Shown here: piece after piece, positions 9,373 through 16,795 of the stretch
Layout of the letters: each line of letters starts with the position of its first letter
Numbering within the stretch: position 1 is the stretch's first letter
Source of the DNA: an uncultured virus (IMG/VR IMGVR_UViG_3300022666_000091)
Taxonomy: Duplodnaviria > Heunggongvirae > Uroviricota > Caudoviricetes
Direction: 5' to 3' (one strand)
Length of the DNA stretch: 64,000 nt
Virus record (IMG/VR): IMGVR_UViG_3300022666_000091
Program-made: the position numbers and the translations under genes
The notes under the pieces: generated by a model
Seen by the model: the letters and a program-made list of their open reading frames with translations, nothing else
Databases searched by the model: none
Told to the model about the DNA's origin: nothing

Positions 9373-9461
9373 TGCTCTGCCTTGCAGTGCTTTGTTAGGC
9401 GGCGCATGGTAGTGCCGGGCTAGCCGGGGCTGTGCAGTGCCAGGCCCTCCAATCCAAGGGA
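9373..9461 (+). ncRNA. Pentamer array 2: 15 x (KGY-NN) plus tail CTCCAATCCAAGGGA; putative gapped guide RNA
   Basis: TGC-tc TGC-ct TGC-ag TGC-tt TGT-ta GGC-gg CGC-at GGT-ag TGC-cg GGC-ta GCC-gg GGC-tg TGC-ag TGC-ca GGC-cc; same 15-nt tail as array 1. Confidence 0.8.
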
Positions 9462-9488
9462 AACAAAAATTCATCATAAGGAGAATAC

Positions 9489-12110
9489 ATGAAACCGATA
9501 TACGGAAAAGTGAGAGGCTCGAAAGCAATTCGCGCCGGCATGGGGCTGGAAGAGATCGAGATTGATTTCTCGAAGCTCCCGAACGGCCTGATCGCCGTCT
9601 GCGGCAAGAACGGCACGGGGAAAACCACTATCCTCGACCTGTTGTGTCATCCCTTCAGGTTGCAGCCGTACAAATTGAGGGAGAGCAAGGCATGGTCTCC
9701 CGATGCCTTCTCGTACTACAACGAGTTCTACGGCAGGGACGGCTACTTGGAGCGGGTCTTCGAAATGAACGGCGCCCGTTACCGCTCGATCATCATGATC
9801 GACGCCGAGAAGCGGAAACAGGAATGCTACCTGTACCGGGAAGAGGCCGGGACGTGGATCCCTTACAACGCCGCCGTCAAGGCCGGGAAGACCCGCGCTT
9901 ATGACGAGGCCGTCGAGGAACTGGTCGGCTCCCCCTCCCTCTTCTTCTCGTCGGTCTTCCGCAGCCAGGATGCCCGCAAGCTCTCGTCCTATCCGAGATC
10001 GGAGATCCTGGGAATCGTCACCGAACTCTTGAACATCGACCATATCCGGATTCAGGGGGACAAAGCGAACGAGGTTGTCAAGGCCCTGGCCCGCATGGTG
10101 GAAGAACTGGAAGCCAAGAAGCAGCCGCTCCTGGCTGCCATGTCGAAGCTGGACGAACTCCAGGAGCGGAAGGCCTTCCTGGGAAAAGAGATCGCCCACC
10201 AGAACAACGGCCTGGAAGTTTTCAAGCGGACCCTGACCGACAAGGAACAGTCCGCCCACGACCTGGAACTGGCCTTTGCCGCCGAAGCCGTCTCCCGGAA
10301 GCGCCTCGACGACATGAAGGCGGAACACGCCCGGCTGCAGGCGGAGATTACCGCCTTCGAGCAGGAAACCGCGACACGGCTCCAGGAATATGATGCCGAG
10401 ATCGCCCGGCTGGGGGAGGCCCTGGCTGCTGAGAAGAAGCAGCTGACCGCCGATATCGAGACCATGCAGACCGATCTCGAAAAAGCCCGCCAGGAAGCCC
10501 TGAACGAAGGCGCCGCCATTGAGCAGAAACGGAACGCCCTGAAAGACATCCTCGCCCGGGCCGACGAAATCAACGCCGCAGTCACCCTGGAGAAAGAAGA
10601 AGAGGCGGGCCTCGCCCACTGGAAGGAAAAACTGGAAGCGATCCGGGTTCAGTACGCCGGACTCCAGAAAGAGGCACAGACAGCTACACAGCTGACCGCC
10701 GATATCAAGGTGGCCCAAGGCGATCTTGAGAACATTCGGCACCGCCAAGCACAACGGATCGCAAACTTGAAGCGGGAGCAGGAACGCGACCGGCAACAGG
10801 TCGCCTCACTCGGAAATCTCGACTGCAAAGCAGACGGTTCCGGCTGGATCAACGAAACCTGCCCGCTCCTGGTCGATGCCATGGCCGCACGGCAACGGCT
10901 TGATACGCTGTCGCAGGAGATTGAAGAGGCGGCAAGGGTATCACCGCAGGAAGAGACCTTGACCGCTCAGATAGCCGAAATGAAAGCGAAGCGGACGGAG
11001 ATGGGCGACGTGTCGGCAAGGCTGGAAGCCTGCGGTACCGACGGCAAGGAAAAAGCCCGGCTGGTAGCCGAACTGGAGAAGAAACTGACCGAAACCCGCA
11101 AGGTCGCGCAGTTGGTTTTCGAGCTGGATACGGCGAAGACCCGCATGGAGGAACTGGAGCAGCAGGAACAGGCAGTCTTGCAGCGGCATTCCGACAAATG
11201 CCTCGACGTCGAGCGCCAGGTCACGGCACGCATGGAGCGGTCACGGGTCGCACAGGAGGATATCAAGACTCGCACGGCAGACGTCCAGGCGAAACGGGAC
11301 GAGTACGCAAGAGCCGCCGGCGGCAAGGATGCCGACCTGCGGGGCCGGGCATTCGGCCTTCAGGGAGAAATCGAGCAGCTCTCCACCTCCCTTGACGGCG
11401 GCCTGGAAGCTAACCTGAAGCAGATCCAGACCGAGATCGCCACGGCAAAACAGGAAGTCGAACGGCAGGAAACCACCCTGCGCAATCTGTATGGCCAGAT
11501 CGGCGGCGTTGAGCAGCAGCTGGCGGCCCTGAAAGAATCCCAGCAGGTGGTGGAAGCCATCGACGGGAAGATTGTCAGGATTAATGCGGAAGCCATCAAC
11601 TGGCGGATACTGGCGAAGGCGTGCAGTAATGACGGGATAATCCAGCTCGAACTGGATGACTCGGGGCCTGCGATATCGGCCCTGACAAATGATCTGCTCC
11701 TGTCGGTCTATGGCCCCAGATTCTCGATCCGGCTGGAGACGCAGGCGCTGAAGGCCGACGGCGGACTCAAAGAGGTGTTTGATGTGACGATCTTCGACGC
11801 CGAGCGGGACGAAGAGAAGTCAATCCGCGACATGTCCGGAGGGGAGGTCACCTACATCGAGGATGCCATCACCCGGGCCTTCTGCCTCTTCAACCTGAAC
11901 CGGTCGAACCGGGTGTATGAATCCCTGTTCTGCGATGAGAAAGATGGGGCGTTGGATCAGGACCGCAAGACGGAGTTCCTGACCATCAAGCGGCGGGCGT
12001 TGGAAATCGGTTCGCACCGGCAGGAATACTTTATCACGCAAACGCCGGATCTGTTCGAGCGGGCCGACGCCAGGATCGTCCTGGAGAAAGGAGGGGTTAC
12101 CATCCAATAG
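9489..12110 (+). CDS. sbcC: SbcC/Rad50-like SMC ATPase
   Basis: Walker A GKNGTGKTT, long coiled coil with central Cys pair, signature MSGGE, Walker B/D-loop LFCDEKDGALD. Confidence 0.9.
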   Translation: MKPIYGKVRGSKAIRAGMGLEEIEIDFSKLPNGLIAVCGKNGTGKTTILDLLCHPFRLQPYKLRESKAWSPDAFSYYNEFYGRDGYLERVFEMNGARYRSIIMIDAEKRKQECYLYREEAGTWIPYNAAVKAGKTRAYDEAVEELVGSPSLFFSSVFRSQDARKLSSYPRSEILGIVTELLNIDHIRIQGDKANEVVKALARMVEELEAKKQPLLAAMSKLDELQERKAFLGKEIAHQNNGLEVFKRTLTDKEQSAHDLELAFAAEAVSRKRLDDMKAEHARLQAEITAFEQETATRLQEYDAEIARLGEALAAEKKQLTADIETMQTDLEKARQEALNEGAAIEQKRNALKDILARADEINAAVTLEKEEEAGLAHWKEKLEAIRVQYAGLQKEAQTATQLTADIKVAQGDLENIRHRQAQRIANLKREQERDRQQVASLGNLDCKADGSGWINETCPLLVDAMAARQRLDTLSQEIEEAARVSPQEETLTAQIAEMKAKRTEMGDVSARLEACGTDGKEKARLVAELEKKLTETRKVAQLVFELDTAKTRMEELEQQEQAVLQRHSDKCLDVERQVTARMERSRVAQEDIKTRTADVQAKRDEYARAAGGKDADLRGRAFGLQGEIEQLSTSLDGGLEANLKQIQTEIATAKQEVERQETTLRNLYGQIGGVEQQLAALKESQQVVEAIDGKIVRINAEAINWRILAKACSNDGIIQLELDDSGPAISALTNDLLLSVYGPRFSIRLETQALKADGGLKEVFDVTIFDAERDEEKSIRDMSGGEVTYIEDAITRAFCLFNLNRSNRVYESLFCDEKDGALDQDRKTEFLTIKRRALEIGSHRQEYFITQTPDLFERADARIVLEKGGVTIQ

Positions 12111-12180
12111 AAAACCAACCACGAAGGGAGGTGATATATGCAGGGGTAGCTGAAAATTGAACGAAAACCACAGTCAACAA

Positions 12181-12211
12181 GGGGGCGGATCCCAACCGCC
12201 CCTGCTTTTTT
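12181..12211 (+). terminator. Intrinsic terminator between convergent operons
   Basis: GGGGCGG-loop-CCGCCCC followed by T tract. Confidence 0.65.
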
Positions 12212-12213
12212 GA

Positions 12214-12885
12214 TCAGGAGAGATGCCTTCTGACCACCTCGAAGACCACCCGGTATCCGTCGGGGCTCAGGTGCAGCCCGTCCGCGTAGTATTCCGTCCG
12301 TAGCCAGCCGTTACCATCTGCCAGCAGTACGTGGTCGTCAATATAGACCGCCCCGTAGATCTCGCTCAAGCTCCTGATGACGTCGTTGTATTTCTGAATC
12401 CGCTCCCGGATGCCGATATGATAGGCCGCGAACGGCTGCCCGATAGGGCATACCGCCATGCAGAAGAGTTTCGTTCCCGGCACCTGCGACCGGATCGCCG
12501 CCACGATGTCCTTGTAGACCGGGGCGTATTCGCACTGGAGCATGTCGTTCTGGAGATCGTTAATCCCTATCCGCAGGAAGATAGCCTTCGGCTTCGCCTT
12601 GATAATGGGAGCCAGCCGGGCCAGTACCTGCCGGGAAGTATTCCCCCCTATCCCCTGGTTCGACGTTGCGACCGCCGGGAACTCCTTGGACCAGTTGGCA
12701 TAGTAGGTCATGGAGTCGCCCAGGAACACAATAGCATCAGGCAGCAGCGCGGTCTTGTCGGTAAAGGCCCTGCCCCCGTCCGAAAACCTTGGAGCCCTGG
12801 GGAAGAGAAAAGCCGCCGGCAGCGACCGATTGCCGCGGAACTTGAGGGCTATCCACTGAAACACCTTCTGGAGCCAGCACAACAT
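12214..12885 (-). CDS. SGNH/GDSL-family esterase
   Basis: FLGDSMT, NQGIGG, RIGIND, DGLH blocks. Confidence 0.85.
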   Translation of the reverse strand: MLCWLQKVFQWIALKFRGNRSLPAAFLFPRAPRFSDGGRAFTDKTALLPDAIVFLGDSMTYYANWSKEFPAVATSNQGIGGNTSRQVLARLAPIIKAKPKAIFLRIGINDLQNDMLQCEYAPVYKDIVAAIRSQVPGTKLFCMAVCPIGQPFAAYHIGIRERIQKYNDVIRSLSEIYGAVYIDDHVLLADGNGWLRTEYYADGLHLSPDGYRVVFEVVRRHLS

Positions 12886-12886
12886 A

Positions 12887-13546
12887 CTACCTCCTGAACA
12901 GCGACCGGTACTTTTCCGACCGCTGCAACACCTTGACCGGATACTCGTTTACCGCCTTCCAGAGCGGCCTGCCGTACAGCAGCTTATCCTCTTGCGGGCC
13001 GTGGGCTCCATCCAGCCCCCCGGTCCACCTGTCCGTCGGGATGCCGCGAGACACGGCAACCGCCCGCCTTGCCAGCACCCTCCCCTGCCCCGCGTTGTAG
13101 CTCACCAAGGAAGCCTTCCAGCGTTCGGTATCGTCCCGGAAGAATGGAGTCATGGCCGTGAAGTTGGCCCTGTCCTGGAGCACAAGAAAAGCCAGCTGAT
13201 ACTGGACGTTATACGGATCGTTCCGCCAGTCCCACGCCCGCAGCGCCCGCCACTTGACCGCCTCCCGGTAGATGTTGAATCGTTCGGAACCGTCCGGCCG
13301 GTAGGCAATGGTCATCTGCGTCAGCCCCCGGCCAAGCTCCCGTGAGGTCTTGAGCGTTGCCCGCTCCTTCCATGACGATTCCTGTTCCACCTGGCCGCAG
13401 GGAATATGCGGCAGCGGCATGTTGGGCCAGTGGTCGGCTACGGCCTGACGGTAGACCGGCAGGTGCTGTTGCGCCCGTTCCAGGACTCCGGCTGAAGATG
13501 GTACACACCATAACAGGATCAGGAGTGCAGCCGACAGGTACCTCAA
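12887..13546 (-). CDS. Lytic transglycosylase (SLT) endolysin with N-terminal signal-like segment
   Basis: QVEQESSW, GRGLTQM, SYNAGQG; probable TTG start 13546 coupled to upstream stop. Confidence 0.8.
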   Translation of the reverse strand: MRYLSAALLILLWCVPSSAGVLERAQQHLPVYRQAVADHWPNMPLPHIPCGQVEQESSWKERATLKTSRELGRGLTQMTIAYRPDGSERFNIYREAVKWRALRAWDWRNDPYNVQYQLAFLVLQDRANFTAMTPFFRDDTERWKASLVSYNAGQGRVLARRAVAVSRGIPTDRWTGGLDGAHGPQEDKLLYGRPLWKAVNEYPVKVLQRSEKYRSLFRR

Positions 13547-13959
13547 GGCACAAGCACCATGGCCGCACAGATAAGGATCGTCACCAGCACGGCGAAAAAC
13601 CCCAAGATCACCAAAGCAGCCGACAAGGGCGTTGACGTGGCCTGCTTGAAGGCCGCGGTGAAGTCGAAGTCCGGGAACAGCCCCCAGCCTTCCTTGGCGT
13701 CCAGGATGCGCTCCACGACCAGCAGGATAAGGGCTATCGGAGCCAGGATGACGAGGATCATCTTGAACTGCGACAGGTTGCCGCCGTAGACCAATACCGT
13801 AGACCCAATGACGGCCCACAGCATCCAGGTCTTTTTCAGGTAGTCCCTAAAGGACGCAGGCAGACTCGCCAGCAGGTCCTTTCCCTTCGCCCACATGGCC
13901 GCGAACAGATCCGTTATGACCGTGAGTTTTTTCAACCCTTCGACTATTTTTTCAAACAT
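13543..13959 (-). CDS. Putative holin
   Basis: Several hydrophobic segments; lies between spanins and endolysin. Confidence 0.55.
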   Translation of the reverse strand: MFEKIVEGLKKLTVITDLFAAMWAKGKDLLASLPASFRDYLKKTWMLWAVIGSTVLVYGGNLSQFKMILVILAPIALILLVVERILDAKEGWGLFPDFDFTAAFKQATSTPLSAALVILGFFAVLVTILICAAMVLVP

Positions 13960-14216
13960 CTCTCCACCTCCCGTGACCATAGTTGAAACTCGGAGATGCA
14001 ACCCTGCATCCCCTCGATATTCGCCAGCAGCTTTCGGGCCTCCGACGGCTCCAGCCCGTACAGGCTACCCGCCGGGACGAACTTGACCGGGAGCATCTGC
14101 GGGCAGACTGGGGGAGTCGGAATTGTCGGACGTATCGTCACCGTTCTGATCTCCGGGGAACAGCCGGTTAAGGTCAGTAAGAGTAGGGTCGTCAGCAGCA
14201 ATGTTGCCTTTTTCAT
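13944..14216 (-). CDS. o-spanin (Rz1-like lipoprotein)
   Basis: Lipobox LTGC, Pro-rich, overlaps the i-spanin 3' end. Confidence 0.75.
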   Translation of the reverse strand: MKKATLLLTTLLLLTLTGCSPEIRTVTIRPTIPTPPVCPQMLPVKFVPAGSLYGLEPSEARKLLANIEGMQGCISEFQLWSREVERCLKK

Positions 14217-14523
14217 CTGTCTTCTCCTTGCGGGAAAGCACCTGGGAGCGGCGGGTAGCGGCCTTGGCCTGCCGGTCCTCGCGAGCCGAGTAGTAAACCT
14301 TCAGTTCAGTCAGGTCCTGTTCCAGCCGCTTTGTCTTGGCCCGCTCCTTGTCCAGTTCCTCCTGGGTGGCCTTCAGCTGCTGTTTCGCTTCTTGGGCCTC
14401 GCGGATCGCCGAGTTGTAACTGTGGACGGCGTAGTAGGTACCGGCTATCAGTGTGATTGCGGCCAGGCCGATCAGGATCCATTTCCAGGGGATGGACTTT
14501 GCTGCCATGGCTTCGAGGAACAT
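14065..14523 (-). CDS. i-spanin (Rz-like)
   Basis: N-terminal TM helix followed by coiled coil. Confidence 0.75.
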   Translation of the reverse strand: MFLEAMAAKSIPWKWILIGLAAITLIAGTYYAVHSYNSAIREAQEAKQQLKATQEELDKERAKTKRLEQDLTELKVYYSAREDRQAKAATRRSQVLSRKEKTDEKGNIAADDPTLTDLNRLFPGDQNGDDTSDNSDSPSLPADAPGQVRPGG

Positions 14524-14774
14524 TACAACTCCCCCTTCCTACACTCCTCCGGCTCGATGTTTTCCGCGCAGTGGTTCCGCCCGAACACGGCATCAACCAC
14601 CCGCTGGGCAAACCGGCAGATGGCAATATGCTGGTTCCTGCCGATGCGGCTGCTGATGGTCTCGTCAGGGCTCCCGGCGAACAGCACCACATTGAGGCCC
14701 TGGTCGATCCAGACGAGGATGTTTTTCAGGTACCGCCTTACAACCCCAGTTTTGCCCGCTCGTCCCGTCCCCAT
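14523..14774 (-). CDS. Conserved phage hypothetical protein
   Basis: WIDQGLNV..GSPDETISSRIG..HC pattern; start uncertain. Confidence 0.6.
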   Translation of the reverse strand: MGTGRAGKTGVVRRYLKNILVWIDQGLNVVLFAGSPDETISSRIGRNQHIAICRFAQRVVDAVFGRNHCAENIEPEECRKGEL

Positions 14775-15169
14775 TGCCGTACCCCCTCGATGAAGGTCTG
14801 GAACACCTGAATCAGCTCCATCTCGCCCGGTTCCAGGGTGTACCACCCCGCCAGACTCCCGACCGCGATTCGGGTGAGATATTTCTCGTCTTCATCGCGG
14901 TAGGCAGCCTTGATCTTTTCCTGCATCCGGCTCTCGATCAGTTGGCAGTGAACACTCGCCGCCTTGATCTGCTCCTTCAACTCACCCTCGGGCACAATCT
15001 CCTCCAGCTGCACCTGCTCCGGCTGTTCGGCTGCCAAGACAGCGCCGTCCGGCACGCTGACGTAGGTGAAGCCGTCAGGCAGCGCGCACAGCTCGATAAG
15101 TCCCTCGCCCTGCGGGGTGTAGGTGGTGTACTCGTCTGCGGTCTTGCGGTAGCGGTATATGGCCGGCAT
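14738..15169 (-). CDS. Hypothetical protein immediately downstream of the DGR RT
   Basis: GAGGAG RBS before MPAIYRYRK; overlaps RT 3' end by about 95 nt. Confidence 0.65.
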   Translation of the reverse strand: MPAIYRYRKTADEYTTYTPQGEGLIELCALPDGFTYVSVPDGAVLAAEQPEQVQLEEIVPEGELKEQIKAASVHCQLIESRMQEKIKAAYRDEDEKYLTRIAVGSLAGWYTLEPGEMELIQVFQTFIEGVRQWGRDERAKLGL

Positions 15170-16121
15170 AGTTGCTCTCCTCGATGAGCCGCAGCATGTG
15201 CGGCAATGAATTGGTGCGGCAGGCGTGCCCCAGGATGGAAGCCAGCGCCCGGACGTCGCCCTTGCGCAGTGCTCTCCGGAACCGGTACAGGCTGAACTTG
15301 CGGATGAATCGCTTGCCCCGCCAGGTGCGGTAGCCCACGAAATTGATGCCCCGCTTAGCCCTCTGAAGGGTTGATTTCGACAGCGTGAGCCGCAGGGCGC
15401 TTTCCAGGTAGGCGACGATCCGCTCGCGGTACTCCAGGCACTGTTCACGGGTCAGGCCGATAAGCACGAAATCGTCCACGTAGCGGACGTAGTGCCTAAC
15501 CCCCAATACCCGCTTGACGAAATGGTCCAGCGGATTGAGGTAGATCAGCGCGTACAGCTGGCTTAGCAGGTTGCCGATGGGGATCCCGGTCGGACCGTCG
15601 CACTCGGCATAGAGCATCATCAGGTCGACCAGGCGGCGGTCCTTGATTCTCCGCTCGATGAGACCGCGCAGGATGGACCTGTCGATGCTGTGAAAGAACT
15701 TGCGGACGTCGAGCTTCAGGGTGTAACTATTCGGGTCGCATTGCTTGAGTGCCCGCTGAGTATAGTCACTGGCCCGGTGCGTACCCATGCCGACCCGGCA
15801 GGCGAAGCTTTGGTCGATGAACGTGGCGTTGAACAGCGGGTAGATGACCCGGTAGATGGCATGCTGCACCACGATGTCGCGGAACGCCGGGGCGTGGATG
15901 ATGCGCTCCTTGGGTTCGTACACCTTGAATTTGAAATACGGTCGTGGCCGATAGGTGCCGTCGTGGATCTCCCGGTGTAACGCCGCCAGGTTGTGCCCCA
16001 GGTTGGTTTCAAACTGGAAGCAGGCCCACTTCTTCCTTTTACCCCTGCGGGCGTCCAGGAATGCCTGGTGAAGGTTTTCCGGGGTGAATATTTGGTTGAA
16101 CAAGTTGCCGTGTCGCTTCAA
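15075..16121 (-). CDS. DGR reverse transcriptase
   Basis: GIPIGNLLSQ (DGR-type SQ), YVRYVDDF, LKLDVRKFF; probable TTG start 16121 (ORF open to 16196). Confidence 0.93.
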   Translation of the reverse strand: MKRHGNLFNQIFTPENLHQAFLDARRGKRKKWACFQFETNLGHNLAALHREIHDGTYRPRPYFKFKVYEPKERIIHAPAFRDIVVQHAIYRVIYPLFNATFIDQSFACRVGMGTHRASDYTQRALKQCDPNSYTLKLDVRKFFHSIDRSILRGLIERRIKDRRLVDLMMLYAECDGPTGIPIGNLLSQLYALIYLNPLDHFVKRVLGVRHYVRYVDDFVLIGLTREQCLEYRERIVAYLESALRLTLSKSTLQRAKRGINFVGYRTWRGKRFIRKFSLYRFRRALRKGDVRALASILGHACRTNSLPHMLRLIEESNYAGHIPLPQDRRRVHHLHPAGRGTYRAVRAA

Positions 16122-16243
16122 AAGATGCCTTCCTGATGTTCGGATTTCCCTACCAAAAAGTCCGGCTGGTTGATTTCGCGTAACGCCGGACACCATACCC
16201 CTGTTTCTCCACTTTACGCCTATTGCGTTTTGAGGCCGGAGAG

Positions 16244-16361
16244 ACAGTCACAGCGAAACCCCACATTGTTGTTGGAGTTCGTCCGATAGTTATTCAAATT
16301 CAGATTCCACACGCCGGCATTCGAGGAGTTGTTCCAGTTGCCGCCGGATAGAGCGCATAGC
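16244..16361 (-). repeat. DGR template repeat (TR)
   Basis: AAC/AAT-rich non-coding copy of the target 3' end, located between avd and RT. Confidence 0.93.
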
Positions 16362-16376
16362 GATATGATGCCCGTC

Positions 16377-16778
16377 CTACCACCTGTTTTCTTCCTTCAG
16401 TCTGTTGATCCAACCGCCTATCATTTTGCCCAATTCGTCCACCAGGAGACTGATGGTGCTGAACCGGTGCCCCTCAAGTTCTTCGGGTGATTTTCCCGTT
16501 TCTTTGCCATCCTTGAACCGGAAATACCCCAGCTCGTGGGCCAGGTACAACTGCATCCTGAGCTTTTCGTGGGCGATGTCCAGGTTGCTCAGGGTGGTCT
16601 TTTTGAGGTATCGCTTCTGGCCCTCAGTGATACTGTCGTAAACTTCATAGGCTGTGTTCCTGATCCTGTTCGAAAGCGCGAACTTCTCGTGCTTCGGAAA
16701 GTGATTCAGATAGACGTTCAGGAGTTTGATGAACTCCATGAACTTCCTGTTGAGATGCACTTCACCCTGCTTGCTCAC
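16377..16778 (-). CDS. avd: DGR accessory variability determinant (Avd-like four-helix bundle)
   Basis: FPKHEKFALSNRIR..LDIAHEKLR..ELGKMIGGW; canonical position. Confidence 0.88.
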   Translation of the reverse strand: MSKQGEVHLNRKFMEFIKLLNVYLNHFPKHEKFALSNRIRNTAYEVYDSITEGQKRYLKKTTLSNLDIAHEKLRMQLYLAHELGYFRFKDGKETGKSPEELEGHRFSTISLLVDELGKMIGGWINRLKEENRW

Positions 16779-16795
16779 CGGTCGCTATCGCTCTC

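Noticed and set aside
6410..9461. Arrays interpreted as CRISPR, attC sites or simple microsatellites
   Set aside because: No 25-45-nt repeat/spacer structure, no attC-type inverted cores, and the variation is confined to two of every five bases.
4140..10704. CAGCTGACCGCCGA recurring at about 4140, 10440 and 10690
   Set aside because: All in frame (QLTA) within GC-biased coding sequence; codon-bias coincidence.
15075..16196. RT as group II intron, retron or Abi RT
   Set aside because: Short length, SQ motif, adjacent avd and the TR/VR pair identify a DGR.
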